Shown here: piece by piece, positions 14,804 to 29,093 of the stretch
Position numbering within the stretch: the stretch's first letter is position 1
How the letters are laid out: every line of letters starts with the position of its first letter
Assembly (NCBI GenBank): GCA_951406725.2
Contig: OX597825.1
Span: 4,898,001 to 4,962,000 of the forward strand
Direction of reading: 5' to 3'
Length of the DNA: 64,000 bases
Source: Octopus vulgaris
Lineage: Eukaryota
The notes under the pieces: model-generated
What the model saw: only the letters and a program-made list of their open reading frames with translations
What the model was told of the DNA's origin: nothing
Database searches by the model: none
Made by a program: the position numbers and the translations under genes

Positions 14804-15249
14804 CATACATACATGTGTACATACATGTATACATACATATATACAGACAGACAGACAGACATACTTTTTCAGTCATTGGATTGTGGTATATTGGAGCGTC
14901 ACCTTGAAAGTTTCAGTCGATTTATTTGCAAACCAGGTACTTATTCTATAGTCCCTTTTGCCAAACCGCTAAGTTATGGGGAGGTAAACTAACGAATATC
15001 GGTTGTCACGTGACGGTGCGAAAAACAACACAAACACAAATAAAGAAACACGTTGATATATCCATGACAGGCTTCTTCCGTTCAGTTTCTGTCTATCAAA
15101 TCCACTCACAAGGCTTGGGTCCGTTCAGGTGTATATAGAAGATACGCGAGACACACAAAGAGCTATACACATACACACACACACACACATACATACATAC
15201 ATACATACATACATACATACATACATACATACATACATACATACATACA

Positions 15250-15991
15250 AAGTCTCTGGTGAACAAGAGAGACAGTGACGCTCTTGTAATCCCAAGGTGC
15301 AACCGCATGTGTAGGCTATGTCATGTTTCTGTGGAAGACATTACGCATGTGATTAGCAGCTGTCCTAAAATGTCGTCACGGTACTTGCCTCCCTATACAG
15401 CACGATGTTGTTAGAAAAACAATTCACAATGCCATCCGCGAAAAAAGACTGTCCTGAAATAAACTTAGAAAATCTCTCTGTTATGGAATGCATTCATAAA
15501 TACTAACTCAAGGAATACTGGTGGAATATTTCCATCAAATCTTCTGTCAAATGTAAACATAACAACCGGATATTGTTGTTTGGGACAGAGGGACAAAGGT
15601 ATGTAGCTTCCTCTCAGATATAAATAACTCTTTGGAAATCAAAGAAAAAGAGGATATCTATGGACAACTGCTTCGAAATCTCCAGTTTCTATATCCAGAC
15701 TATGAATTCATGTTCATACCAATAATAATTGGAGCACTAGGTTTTGTTAGTAAATGCTTAAAGGAGAATCTGAATAAACTGGAATTTTCAGAAAGAGAGA
15801 CTGGCCGGCTGATTCGTACTTTACAAGTGTAATCTGTGAGTGGAATAGTAAAAATATGCAAGACTTTAATCAAGCTCCAAATGTGAATTTATCTGTGTTA
15901 ATTTCATTCCAAAGATGGAGCCTTGTGTCTTTGTTGGAAACCCGGCTCCATTCTCAGTGGAAGATTTATAATAATTAAAAAATAGAAGAGA
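15250..15991 (+). mobile_element. R4-like RLE retrotransposon 3' fragment, (CATA)n-associated copy 2
   Basis: CRLCHVSVEDITHVISSCPK (CCHC knuckle), HDVV, EYWWN, PDIVVWD, KEDIYGQL, FIPIIIGALG, SGIVKICKT across frameshifts. Bounded by (CATA)n on both sides. Confidence 0.85.
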
Positions 15992-16597
15992 CATACATAC
16001 ATACACACATACATACATACATACATACATACATACATACATACATACATACATACATACATACATACATACATACATACATACATACATACATACATAC
16101 ATACATACATACATACATACATACATACATACATACATACATACATACATACATACATACATACATACATACATACATACATACGTACGTACATACATAC
16201 ATACATACATACATACATACATACATACATACATACATACATACATCACATACATACATACATACATACATACATACACACATACATACATACATACATA
16301 CATACATACATACATACATACATACATACATACATACATACATACATACATACATACATACATACATACATACATACATACATACATACATACATACATA
16401 CATACATACATACATACATACATACATACATACATACATACATACATACATACATACACACATACATACATACATACACACATACATACATACATACATA
16501 CATACATACATACATACATACATACATACGTACATACATACATACATACATACATACATACATACATACATACATACATACATACATACATACATAC
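15991..16597. repeat. Very long (CATA)n microsatellite, about 600 bp
   Basis: Read directly; source of the MYVC-repeat ORFs. Confidence 0.95.
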
Positions 16598-16769
16598 AAA
16601 CGACAAAGCTGCGCCGAACAATTTCATTCGCAAGCCATTAGTAGGCTTGAGGTTATACTAAAAGAGACAAGCCCTGTCACTCACACATACACACACATAT
16701 ATGTATATTTGTATGTGTATGTGAGTGTCTCTGTGTGTGTATACGTATAATGTATACCTATGTATGTAA

Positions 16770-16802
<33 letters not shown>

Positions 16803-17284
16803 CAAATAAATGAAAGAATGGTGTTTTTCTGACGTGAATTTGCTACCCAGGTATCGGTTAACCGAATTATCCATAATAAGATAATTCATTCAACTACTCA
16901 ATTATATATATATATATATATATATATATGCATATGTGTGTGTACAAAAATTACGCAAAGAGAGAGAGTTGTGGACCTCATATATATATATATGCATATG
17001 TGTGTGTACAAAAATTACGCAAAGAGAGAGAGTTGTGGACCTCAAGAAATAATAAATGTAATTTCGCTGAATGTAGAGATAAGAAGGATTGGGTGGGCAT
17101 GCGTATGCGATTATGTATGAACAGTAGCGTGTTTGTGCGCATGAGCATGTATGTATGTGTGTGTACATGTACATGCATGTGTATGTGGGTGGATGCGTGC
17201 GTGTATATGTGTGAGTGTGGCAGTGTCCGGGAGAATATGCGCGTGCATGTATGAGTGTGTGTATGTATGCGTGTGCGTGTGTTT

Positions 17285-17337
<53 letters not shown>

Positions 17338-17918
17338 TGTGTGTGTGTGTATTAGTGTGTGTGTGCGTATGTGTAAAAACTGTACTGTGAAAATACAGTT
17401 ATATTCACTGAGAAGAAAGTAGTCGCCACTTTAAACTTTGGTGACAGCTTCTCATTAAAACTTCAAAGCTTTCGCTCATCCGAGACCGGAACTCCCTACT
17501 TGCGTACGACCGGAAGTAATCTAATGCTCTAAATAAACCAGCATGCAGCATTTTATCACTATTACAGCTATTAATTATCCACCGACCCCTCACAAAAATA
17601 TAGCAAAGACATTAAGACACAAGGTAGAGCACACCGGACGGTGAATGGTATTTAGGGAGATCCACAAGCAACAGCGCCCCAATTTATAATATACCTTAAT
17701 GATTTCTGTCTATGTATCTGGGTGGTTGTTGTTGTAGTTGTGGGGGTCACGGTGGAGGTGAGAAGTGGAAGGTCATAGGTGATGTTTTTATCTCTTGCCA
17801 AGCAAGAACAACAATTGGGAATATTATCAGCAATTCAAATGGGAAGATAGTTTATAGATTCAGATACAAACACACAGAAGCTCACACCCACGCAGGCACG
17901 CAGTCACACGCACACGCA

Positions 17919-17964
<46 letters not shown>

Positions 17965-17974
17965 TACATACATA

Positions 17975-18369
17975 TATAACAAAATAGATTAGATTTTGTG
18001 ATTCAGGACAGAGAGGAGAGACTATGTACAGTAGTGGAAATCTGTTACCCAGAGGATATCAAAATAAAAATAAAGGCACCAATCTTGAGAAATAAGGGAG
18101 CTGAAAACGAGAAAGAAAGATTCGAAAATTTCAAAACACAAATCATCAACGGAACTGTTAAAGTACTCTTGTATTCTTTTACTTGTTTCAGTCATTTGAC
18201 TGCGGCCATGCTGGAGCACCGCCTTTTAGTCGAACAAATCGACCCCAGGACTTATTGTTTGTAAGCCTAGTACTTATTTTATCAGTGTCTTTTGCCGAAC
18301 CCTTAAGTTATAGGGGATGTAAACACAGCAGCATCGGTTGTCAAGCGATGGTGGGGGTAGGAACAAATA

Positions 18370-18423
<54 letters not shown>

Positions 18424-18720
18424 CGATGGACTTCTTTCAGTTTCCATCTACCAAATCTAATCACAAGTCTCTGTATAACTTTCCAGAAGTTTAGTATTAC
18501 AGCTATAAGAATAAGACATGCAATTATGTGTGCGAGAATGCTTGCATAGAACAAAACATACAACCTTGCACATGCACTGACTCTACATGTTGCACACATG
18601 AACAGAAACATGCACGAATATTTTGTTAATGCCGTTTAAAATTTCAATTAAGGAACTTTGAGTCTAGGTGAGAAACCGACACTTTCTCTGTTGGAGAGAA
18701 CTCCAGAAATAAAATTAAAT
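17975..18720 (+). mobile_element. R4-like RLE retrotransposon fragment, (CATA)n-associated copy 3, split by a SINE
   Basis: VIQDREERLCTVVEICYPEDI and INGTVKV, then a 3' UTR (AACTTTCCAGAAGTTT; GGAACTTTGAGTCTAGGTGAGAAACCG..GAAATAAA) matching 14489-14790. (CATA)n resumes at about 18972 after a second SINE. Confidence 0.65.
18175..18468 (-). mobile_element. SINE family A, 5'-truncated
   Basis: Family A tail and body, inserted in copy 3 of the RLE element. Confidence 0.85.
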
Positions 18721-18724
18721 ATTC

Positions 18725-18930
18725 GTTTCTACTCCAGGAAAAAGGATCGAAATTTTGGGAGAGGGACCAGTCGATTAGATCTACCCCAGTACGCAACTGG
18801 TACTTAATTTATCGATCCTGAAAGGATGAAATGTAAAGTCGACCTCGGCGGAATTTGAACTCAAAACGTAAAGACAGACGAAATAGCACTAAGCATTTCG
18901 CCCGGCGTGCTAACGGTTCTGCCAGCTCGC
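18725..18930 (-). mobile_element. SINE family B
   Basis: Reverse complement of the family B head, core and tail. Confidence 0.85.
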
Positions 18931-19178
18931 TGCATTAATAAAATCATATATTAACATACATAAAGCTGAATGCATACATACATACATACATACATACATA
19001 CATACATACATACATACATACATACATACATACATACATGCATACATACATACAGACATATGACGGCTCTCTGTCATCCAGTTTCACCCAGAAGGTCTTA
19101 GTAGAAGACGCTTGCCCCAGGATGTCATGAAGTGTGATTGAACTTGAGACCATGCAACTGCGCAAGAGCAGCAGCAGC

Positions 19179-19235
<57 letters not shown>

Positions 19236-19250
19236 TGTAGTAGTAGTAGT

Positions 19251-19314
<64 letters not shown>

Positions 19315-19315
19315 C

Positions 19316-19376
<61 letters not shown>

Positions 19377-19944
19377 AGACGGGTGGGAGAGGTCGCGAGA
19401 AGCCGTTCGCTCAGTCTACCAAAGGACTACCAGCTGTGTGAAAGTGATGTTGTCTCTCTGTGTTGTTAATATTGTCTATAAGATAATGAGAACGAGTCTT
19501 GAATAACAATTTATGATGGTTGTCTTATGTAATGCTTTTGCCGTTCATCATTCTGAGATCGACTAAAATAAATAATAAAGTGCACAGACATGCCTGTGTG
19601 GTTAAGAAGCTCGCTTACGAATCAAGAGGTTTCTGGTTCAATCCGCCAATGAAACCTATAGAATAAGCTATCAGACTTTTAAAAATATAAGTACGGAGGT
19701 CGTTTAGTTCGAGTAAAACCATTCAAGGTATTGCCCCAGTATGGCCGCAGTCCAATGACTGAAACAAGTAAGAAAATACAAGGAGCCTTATGAAATGATA
19801 GGTTCGATATAATCAGTTATAATCCTTACAGGTGATGCTCCATCTTGGCCGCAGTCCTGTGACTGAAACCAAGCGGAGAATTGTCAGAGTGGTTAGAATA
19901 TCGGGCGAAATGTTCTACCGTATATTTCCGGCTTTGCAACTATA

Positions 19945-20085
19945 TAGTTTCGGGTTCAGTCCCACTGCACTGCACCTTCGGTAAGTGTCTTCTACTAGAT
20001 AGCTCCGGGCCGACAAATGTCTTGTGAGTGAACTTGGTAGACCGAAGTTGTGTGGAAACCTGTCGTATATGTATACAAATATGTC

Positions 20086-20130
<45 letters not shown>

Positions 20131-20340
20131 ACGTGTGTATTTATGTTTGGGTTTGCCTCTCCTCACCCTTGTCAACTTCTGTTGGTTTGTTTACGTCCCT
20201 ATAATTTAGAGACTGTCACAATAAACACCAAACTTAAAATTAAGTACCGGGGTTGATATGTTAGACTGAAACCTCTAAGGTGGTGCTCCAGCATGGGCCC
20301 AATCCAAAGGCTGAAAGAATTAAAAGTAAAAATATAAAAA
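19945..20340 (+). mobile_element. SINE family A, diverged
   Basis: GGTTCAGTCCCACTG..GTAAGTGTCTTCTAC..GGTGCTCCAGCATGG. Confidence 0.75.
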
Positions 20341-20704
20341 GATAAATAAATGATAGACTCCAGTCCGAAAATCCTTTCAAACAGCCAGTGGTTTCTGGTC
20401 GAAACCCTGAGAATCCCTGGCAGCGCCGTTGTTCTTCAATGCTACAAATGCTCTATAGAGTGTTTGCTTGAAACTTCCATCGAGCCTACTACACGACTGT
20501 TTAAAAGCGGAAAGCGTCTGGCAATCTTAATGCCAGGTCAGCTACTTGCAAGGTAATTTAACAAATAATTCACTGAATCGGATAATTAAATACTGTATGT
20601 GGAAACAGACAATTTGTGATTCCACATAGACACACACACACACACACACACACAAATGCGCGCACACACATAAATACGCGCACACACACATATATATATA
20701 TATG

Positions 20705-20776
<72 letters not shown>

Positions 20777-21012
20777 ATGTGTGTATATATATATGAATAT
20801 ATATATACATATATTGCTTGCATATATATGTTTATACATTTATACATGTATATACAAACACATACTCACGCACGTATATATATATAAGTATATATATATA
20901 TATATATATATATAAACACATATATATATATATATACACACACACATACATATATATATATATACATACATATACATATATATGTACATATATAGTGAGA
21001 GAGAGAGAGAGA

Positions 21013-21061
<49 letters not shown>

Positions 21062-21497
21062 GAGCATGTTTGTATGTATATCATACCACTCGAAAATATC
21101 GTGACCTTTTTAATAATTCCAAAGAATTTCTATTACACAGTTCAAGTATGTACAACTCCTACAAGCAGACGAGAAATTTGGGAGGTCTGACACAATGAGA
21201 GAATTATCTCCAGTTTGAATAGCTATGAAGTCAGGCGCCACACTCTGTGCTCGAAGCTGTTGTAAACTTCAACGAGTTAACATTCGATATTAACATCATG
21301 TTATATGCTAATCTATACAGGAAGAATTTCTGCTTTTAGAAAATGTGTTCTTATTTCCGTGTGTCGATATATAAATTAATGGATTTTGGTTATGTCGATC
21401 TTGTTTCATAACTTAGGGAAGATGGTCGAAACATATAAACCTGTAAGGTTACACATTAATAATAATAATAATAATGATGATGATGATGATGATGATG

Positions 21498-21818
<321 letters not shown>

Positions 21819-22011
21819 GAGACGGTCCAGTTGGGCGCAGGAGCCTAAGGGGACAGTGGGCGTTGTGGCGGTAGAGAAAGAGGAGAAAGGCAGTGAATTG
21901 AGGGACGCCATGAATTTATCAATATTATTATAGTATTGTATACAAATTATATAATATTACATTAAATATCAAATGATTCATAGTATATATAGATTAGTGA
22001 AATATAAAATA

Positions 22012-22068
22012 AGTGGTTAAGAGCGCGGGCTACTACCTCAAGATTCCGAGTTCGATTCTAAGCAGTGA
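22012..22068 (+). mobile_element. tRNA-like Pol III head
   Basis: AGTGGTTAAGAGCG (3' part of A box/D loop), an anticodon-like arm and the B box GAGTTCGATTC. Confidence 0.6.
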
Positions 22069-22081
22069 CAATAACAATAAC

Positions 22082-22151
<70 letters not shown>

Positions 22152-22154
<3 letters not shown>

Positions 22155-22694
22155 GTCCTGATGCAGTACCAGGCAGTGGCTCTCATGGCTTCTGATCTTA
22201 ACTGATTGGAATTGTTATCATGTACATTGTTCTGTCTTGGTATAAAAGATGGGCTACAGCAAATATTCTGCTCAATACCACAGATTTGCTTGTCAGTTGT
22301 TTGACCTTAACCAGTTGAGCATGTCCCTTGGTGGCTGACGATATGTGCATCTCTGATCACGAGCAGAAGTAGTGGGGGAGCATCATAGTCATGTGTTGAG
22401 AGGGATTCTTTGGGGTTTGAATAATTCACCTCTGGAAACATGGGTGGTTCTTTCAACATCCTTAAACAACCCTTATTCAGGGACCATTTGAGCAGGATGG
22501 GCTACTCAACCTGAAGAAAATTCTAACTGGGCCCCACCTGCAAGGTCATGCGCTGTTTATCTTGATATGAGATCACCATGTCGCGCACATATGGTTGTGA
22601 TGCATGTGCCTGGTGTACCCTTATCAGACTGGTAGTCATGATGGGTATATTTTACCCCAGTGTCACTTTGATGGCATGAACTGCTCTCTCACTC
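22152..22694 (+). mobile_element. About 540-bp non-coding interspersed repeat embedded in (AAT)n
   Basis: Flanked by (AAT)n on both sides. An inverted copy is at 27671-28190 and a partial copy at about 54340-54500. Confidence 0.8.
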
Positions 22695-22793
<99 letters not shown>

Positions 22794-22879
22794 AGAAAGA
22801 AGAAGAAGAAGAAGAAGAAGAAGAAGAAGAAGAAGAAGAAGAAGAAGAAGAAGAAGAAGAAGAAGAAGAAGAAGAAGAA

Positions 22880-22914
<35 letters not shown>

Positions 22915-22988
22915 GCAACAGCAATAATAACAACAACAACACCGAAAAGTACCTTAGGAATGAGACCCCAGTTTCGGAATTTCCCCAA

Positions 22989-23034
22989 GACACCTGATGA
23001 AGGCTGGGGGGTATATCAGACGAAACGTAGTGTT
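22989..23034 (+). ncRNA. Minimal type I hammerhead ribozyme motif
   Basis: GACAC-CTGATGA-A-GGCTG..CAGAC-GAAA-C-GTA-GTGTT. Core boxes present, stem I GACAC/GTGTT, stem II with one mismatch, palindromic ACGT stem III. Confidence 0.7.
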
Positions 23035-23491
23035 AACAACAAATAAGACGAGAACAAATATCCGTCAAATGTAAATAATGTAAATAATGTAAAATATTTA
23101 TTTATGGGGGTATTATGTGGCCACGGGGGGTGGGGCGATGGCCCAAAAAGTTTGAAAACTTCTGATCATTGTTAACGAGGAAACGCCAATACCAGCGATG
23201 TTTGCTTTGGCGTTTGAGTAATTGTGTGTTTGCTGTATCAAGGATTCTGTGTTTAGCTGGAAACAAATGCGCATGCCTGCGATATATTGACCCCTGGTGT
23301 CATTTAATGCCTAAATAATATACATAGCACGTGCAGGACATATGCAGAACGATGTTGACATCAGAGGTGATTTTAAAAAGTGTTACACATTTACATATAG
23401 ATATATGCGCATACATACAGATACACACAAACATATATATACGCATGTATGTGTATAAATGTGTATTTATGTGTCTGTGTGTGTTTATGTG

Positions 23492-23583
<92 letters not shown>

Positions 23584-23985
23584 TGCTTGTGTGTCAGTGC
23601 ATGCGTGAGTAAATTGATATAATTATCAAAACAAAAACAAAAAATAATTAGCTTTTTCCTGTCAAAAGCTGAAATCCGAAAAAAATTTCAAAAATATAAA
23701 AGGAAAATTAGAAAAAAAAACTTTAGAATTTTTCGCGAGATAACAAGAAATGAACAACATAGAAAAATAAAATAAAAAAGAACATGAATCAAAAATGTTA
23801 AAAAAATAACTAAAATATAAAAACATTTCCCATCCATTCCCCAAAGCCCAAACAAAAACACTCACAAAAAAAAATACAATCTAGCCCAGCGACCCCTGAA
23901 TTATACACCTCCTAACCATCGTCATAGGCCACTCCTTAAAAACCTTTTTTTTTTTGCTTACTTCATACATCTCACTTTCCCCTTC

Positions 23986-24021
<36 letters not shown>

Positions 24022-24057
24022 ATTCACTTCACCCCTCTTTCATTCTTTCTCTTCTTA

Positions 24058-24090
<33 letters not shown>

Positions 24091-24893
24091 TATATACACA
24101 CGTTTTCTCTTTCTGTCTCTGACTCGTCAGAACTCTCTCTTTTCTCTTCCTTGTCACTTTCTCTCTCTCCCCCTCTCTCTGTCTGTCTATTTATTCATCT
24201 ATCGTATTCACTTCATCATTCTCTCTTTCTCATTTTCACTTTCTCTTCTTATCTCTCCCTCACTCACACACACACATACACAATTTTCTCTTTCGCTCAC
24301 TTCCTAAAGCCTCTCTCTCTCTCTCTTCCTTTCCTTGTTTCTGCTTTCTCTCTCTCTCCCTCTTGCTCACTCTCTCTTCCTGTCTTTCTTTCTTTCTTTC
24401 TCTCACCCCTCGTTCGCTCGCTCAGTTGCACTTCTCTACTCTCTCCCTCACTCTGTTCCTTCTTCTCTCTCTCTCTCATTGTTTCCTTTCTTGCATCCTC
24501 TCTCCCTGCATATTATCTCCTTCTATGTCTATCTCTGTCTGCCTGTCTATCTTTCTGTCTGTCTGTCCGGGCCATAACTGTAAAACGATGTCCTTCACTT
24601 CGTACAATGAGTCAACTGCTGACAAATCACCGTCCAACTTTTTAACTTATTTTTAATTCTTTAATTTCTTGTTTTGTTTTTCTCACCTTGTTTTCCTGAC
24701 ACACAAAGATAAACAACAGCAAAAACAACAACAACACCAACAACAACAGCAGCTACTACTACTACTACTACTACTACTATTACTACTTTTACTACAACTG
24801 CTGCTGCTGCTACTACTACTACTACTACTACTACTACTTTGACAATGTCGCTGCCATCCACAACAGCAGATAATTGCAGTAAACAACAGCAAC

Positions 24894-24926
<33 letters not shown>

Positions 24927-25259
24927 CAACAAGAACAACAACAACAACAACAACAACAACATCCACGATAACGAGCAGTAGATAATTGCAGATAATTAAG
25001 AAAGGGGAATGTTGACATTTCCAACAGTGTGATCAGCTGATCTCCCTTTCACGGATTGTCTCATAGCAAAATGTGACCATTTTTCCATCGTCTGACCGTT
25101 AGTAGGCCCAGTTCGGGTTTCCCCGGGAAGCTTTGTGGGTCGGACGGACTTAGAGCAACGAAACAACCGATTGATTGTTCGAGCGCCACTTTGGACAAAA
25201 CATCCAATAAAAATACGAAGCCTTTTGCCTCTCACAATATTCTTTATTCTCAGATTCTT

Positions 25260-25630
25260 TTATTTGTTTCAGTCACTCGACTGCGGCCATGCTGGAGCAC
25301 CGCCTTGAAGGGCTTTAAGTTGAAGAAATCGACCCAAGGACTTGTATCTTAAGCCTAGTACTTATTCTATCGGTTTCTTTTTTGCCGAACCGCTGAGTGA
25401 CGGGAACGTAAACACACCAGCACCAGTTGTCAAGCGTGGGTTGGTGGGTGGGGGACAAACACAGAGATAAAGACAAACACACATAGATGTATACATATAT
25501 ATATACGATGGGCTTCTTTAAGTTTCCGTCTACCTAATCCACTCACAAGACTATAATAGAAGACAATTGCCCAAGGTGCCACGCAGTTGGACCGAACCCA
25601 GGACCATGTTGTCTTTACCACACAGCCACA
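25260..25630 (-). mobile_element. SINE family A
   Basis: Family A tail, body and partial head. Confidence 0.8.
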
Positions 25631-25639
25631 GAAACATTT

Positions 25640-25775
25640 CTCATGGCACCAGCAGACAGACTGAAAAAGGCGTTGCCTCGGAGGATAGCGAGAGAGATGC
25701 ACTGGAACAGCCACTCTCACTCACGGGGTTCGCCCTTGCGAACAGCAATTTCTGCCCCGATAAGATTGACAACAA
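25640..25775 (-). mobile_element. CRE-clade retrotransposon extreme 3' fragment
   Basis: LIGAEIAVRKGEPRE..EWLFQCISLAILRGNAFFS is homologous to 9960-10030. Confidence 0.7.
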
Positions 25776-27462
25776 CCAGAACAATGATGGCTGAAATTTC
25801 CGAGCTGGTTAGGGAAAGCGGTGCCAGATCTGGATGGCCAAACAATCTCCTTTGTCACTATCAATTTCCAACCAGATCAACACATATCAACACGGCTGGT
25901 CATCCTTTCTCTTACAACTCTATTTTAAAACTTCCAGGATTCATCTGATGAAGACAAATAAGCAAGGCTGGTAGTAGAATGGGAGGACATCATTGACTCA
26001 GATGCCAATGATACAGATTATCTTGGTAAGATCATCTTCAGTGAAAATACGATACTCACGGCACAGAATAATTTATATTGTTAAGTATTGGGGGCTATGA
26101 AAATCCTCACGATTCATTTACATCTCGCTTTCACTCGCCGACATCCAGGGCCAACTAAAGGCCAATCGGGGCCAACAACTCCGTCTTTTTCTTTTTGTTC
26201 TCAGCTCCTTTGAAAAGCAATAAACCGAGATCTTATACTTGTCACATCTCTCAACTTTTAATATCGACATTCCCTGAACTCTCATTGAACAATCGCCAGA
26301 GCTTAGCCCTATTTGGCTCAGCCATTTATGTTTGGCGTTCAAATCCCTCCTAAGACTATTTTGACTTTCATGTTTCCAAGTCTAACAATAGAAATTACCA
26401 ATCGCATACTAATGATGCTTCACCCGGCTGTCCCTTTCCTCCATATTTGAGACCTTCTACCTATTTAGGAATATATTAAGATTGATTCAACTGACTGTGA
26501 AACTTCTCTACGCATATTGATCCGATCGCTATACAATTACTAAATATATATTATCCATAGTGGAAGACAAGCAGGAAGTGATAGTTCCGATTCTCTGCGC
26601 GATTCATTTCGTAACACCCAAAGATCACATACACAATGATGTTAATATATGCTGAAAATAACCTGCTAAACTTAACTGTTTCATTAGCGGAGCAATGACA
26701 GGAAGCTCTGTTTAATGGAACCGCGTCTTTCGTCTTCCTTTCCGCCATACTTTTTTTCAATCAATCCCAGAAGAATATAAAAAAAGTGAAGCGAAATGGG
26801 ATTTGAATACAGAGATTTGTTTTCCATCATTCGGGAGTCGATAGAATACAGTTCCAGTCAAACACTTGAATCTATTTGTATTCCGAAAATGTTTCCTAAA
26901 CGGTTTTTTTTATAGTTTCTGTTATATGTTTTCTAAACATGAACAGAACTGTAACAAAGGATTAAGACTAAATCTACTCTGAGACATGATGTTTTTTCTA
27001 AATATGAACAGAATTATATAACAAAAGATTATCACTGAGACAACTCTTTTATGTTTATTTAATATCTCGCTAATTCTTACACTTCAGATCAAATATCTCA
27101 AAAGACTTGATTTACATTGAGAAAACGCTATTTTACGTAATTAAATATGTCAGTTTATAGACGTAAATTGAGTGGCGATCAGTGAGGGATTATCATTAGT
27201 CTGAGTGCGTAGATTTGAACGAATTAAGTTTGTTAAGAGGTGGGTTACGTCAGACAACATGGCTGCCGGAATTATTTTATGAATTCTGACATTGACTAGA
27301 ATACAAATGAAGAAGTAATTTTTTGAATCATCTACATTTATCGTAACGTACGGCTGCGGCTGCGGTTTCTTCCTGAAATACCGATTATTTTAGGCTGTCA
27401 ACGAATGAGATCCATGCCTCACTTCAAACTCTTTCACTCTAAATTCTCTACCCTTCTTTCTT

Positions 27463-27504
<42 letters not shown>

Positions 27505-27556
27505 TCTTCTTCTTCTTCTTCTTCTTCTTCTTCTTCTTCTTCTTCTTCTTCTTTCT

Positions 27557-27670
<114 letters not shown>

Positions 27671-28190
27671 GAGTGAGAGAGCAGTTCATGCCATCAAAGT
27701 GACACTGGGGTAAAATATACGAAGCCCAATATACCCATCATGACTACCAGTCTGATAAGGGTACACCAGGCACATGCATCATAACCGTATGTGCGCGACA
27801 TGGTGATCTCATATCAAGATAACAGCACATGACCTTGCAGGTGGGGCCCAGTTAGAATTTTCTTCAGGTTGAGTAGCCCATCCCGCTCAAAAGGTCCCTG
27901 AATAAGGGTTGTTTAAGGATGTTGAAAAATCCACCCATGTTTCCAGAGGTGAATTATTCAAACCCCAAAGAATCCCTCTCAGCACATGGCTATGATGCTC
28001 CCCCACTACTTCTGCTCGTGATCAGAGATGCACATATCGTCAGCCATTAAGGGACATGGTCCACGGGTTATGGTCGAACAACTGATAAGCAAATCTGTGG
28101 CACTGAGCAGAATATTTGCTGTAGCCCATTTTTTATACATGACAACACTTGCAGTCAGTTAAGATCAGAAGCCATGAGTGCCACTGTCTG
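27671..28190 (-). mobile_element. Inverted copy of the (AAT)n-embedded 540-bp repeat
   Basis: Reverse complement of 22170-22694 with scattered substitutions and indels. Confidence 0.85.
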
Positions 28191-28327
28191 TATATATATT
28201 GACTGCCCTCGATGTTGTGTTTTATACTGAAGATCCTATTACTAAGGTAGTCTGGCTACTGAGTCAATGACAGACGCACACACACGCACATACACATACA
28301 TACATACACCCACACACACACACACAT

Positions 28328-28369
<42 letters not shown>

Positions 28370-28923
28370 CTATATATATATATATAGTTACACACATGTA
28401 CGTGTGCGTGTGTGTATGTATATTTCATTTCCTTCCTATAAACTTGTCATATCTGTTCATTTAACTTTGTTTAAATAAAAATATGCTTTTACCATTCACT
28501 CCACTTTGCCGAGTGGCGACGACGGCCTACAAATATAACGGAAAGCCACTATTATTTCGTACTCTATAAACCTCAGATCTGTCTTCATCTTCTTCGTATA
28601 ATTAGTCTATTTTCGCTCTACTTTTTCAATCTTCCGTATTAAACTTGATAGTCTCTAAATAATCTCGACGTTGTGTTTATTTTCCCAAATCTATAATGTA
28701 AAGTACGAATGTTCGCTGAAGATAAATATAATCTAAATATTTATAAACCTACGAAGTTCGCTTTATGAAATTAATAAGAATTGTAACGAAAACTTATATC
28801 ACATCTTCTTTGTTGTTTTAAGATATATTCATTGCTGTGATGTCAAATCATGATAAGGTGATATGTAGACACAAAACACGCGCTCACATACAGCCAGGCA
28901 CACAAATCACGTTCAGGCTTTAC

Positions 28924-29003
<80 letters not shown>

Positions 29004-29057
29004 ATTTTTATATATATGTATATACACACACACATATATATATATATACACACACAC

Positions 29058-29093
<36 letters not shown>

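Noticed and set aside
15866-16633. Long ORFs such as the 255-aa MYVC repeat and the 230-aa poly-I ORF at 56425
   Set aside because: Translations of stop-free microsatellites; no evidence of real coding.
22012-22068. Functional tRNA gene (also 6072-6138 and 53000-53069)
   Set aside because: No acceptor stem or complete cloverleaf; these are SINE-type heads.
23105-23165. hAT-like terminus AAAAAGTTTGAAAACTTCTG
   Set aside because: No matching opposite end or 8-bp target duplication found.
25790-26530. Possible I/Nimb LINE RNase H relic (DIQGQLKANR resembling GI.GNE.ADR)
   Set aside because: Too decayed to assign without a profile search.
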